From Octopus bimaculoides (taxonomy: Eukaryota): a DNA stretch of 32,903 nt. Shown in pieces: positions 32,724-32,903 of this stretch; position 1 is the stretch's first letter; each line of letters starts with the position of its first letter. The notes under the pieces were generated by a model. It saw nothing but the letters and a program-made list of their open reading frames with translations. It did no database searches and was not told where the DNA came from. The stretch spans positions 5,146,747 to 5,179,649 of the forward strand of contig NC_068981.1 of the NCBI RefSeq assembly GCF_001194135.2, given 5' to 3'. The position numbers and the translations under genes were made by a program.

Positions 32724-32903
32724 GGCGTACGTTGAGACAAGAGCAGCGGACGAAGCTCCGTGGCTCTTCGGCAGAACGGGCGTACGTTGAGACAAGAGCA
32801 GCGGACGAAGCTCCGTGGCTCTTCGGCAGAACGGGCGTACGCTGAGACAAGAGCAGCGGACGAAGCTCCGTGGCTCTTCGGCAGAACGGGCGTACGTTGA
32901 GAC
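32724..32903. repeat. 55-bp GC-rich tandem repeat, at least 3.3 copies, running off the window
   Basis: Unit ggcgtacgttgagacaagagcagcggacgaagctccgtggctcttcggcagaacg starts at 32724, 32779, 32834 and 32889; one substitution among the copies. Confidence 0.95.

Noticed and set aside
32724-32903. 55-bp repeats as a CRISPR array or hammerhead multimer
   Set aside because: The units are contiguous with no unique spacers, no cas genes are present, the context is eukaryotic, and there is no CUGANGA/GAAA core on either strand.

Overview
AT-rich eukaryotic genomic DNA, dense in repeats and microsatellites, with eight N-gaps. No host protein-coding exon or genuine RNA gene can be supported, so the window is probably intronic or intergenic. 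The SINE repertoire resembles coleoid cephalopod (Octopus-like) DNA; this is an inference from recalled repeat families. Contents: about 20 tRNA-derived SINE copies or fragments from at least five families; a decayed Chapaev3-type transposase with its right TIR; hAT, mariner, Tigger/pogo, Kolobok-like and piggyBac-like MITEs; a non-autonomous Helitron spanning a gap; and a Penelope-like element (PLE) RT/GIY-YIG fragment. The most notable signal is a set of minimal type I hammerhead ribozyme (HHR) motifs of the PLE kind, seven clear and one to two degraded. One HHR-bearing terminal sequence is shared between the PLE fragment (30363-30500, inverted relative to the ORF) and a tRNA-headed SINE-like element (2289-2561), which suggests a Pol III SINE mobilised by a Penelope-like element. 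Also present: a head-to-head duplicated HHR unit (7607-8085), inverted arrays of a ~48-bp minisatellite (17371-17995) and a near-perfect GC-rich 55-bp hairpin tandem repeat at the right edge. All alignments and base-pairings were done by eye.
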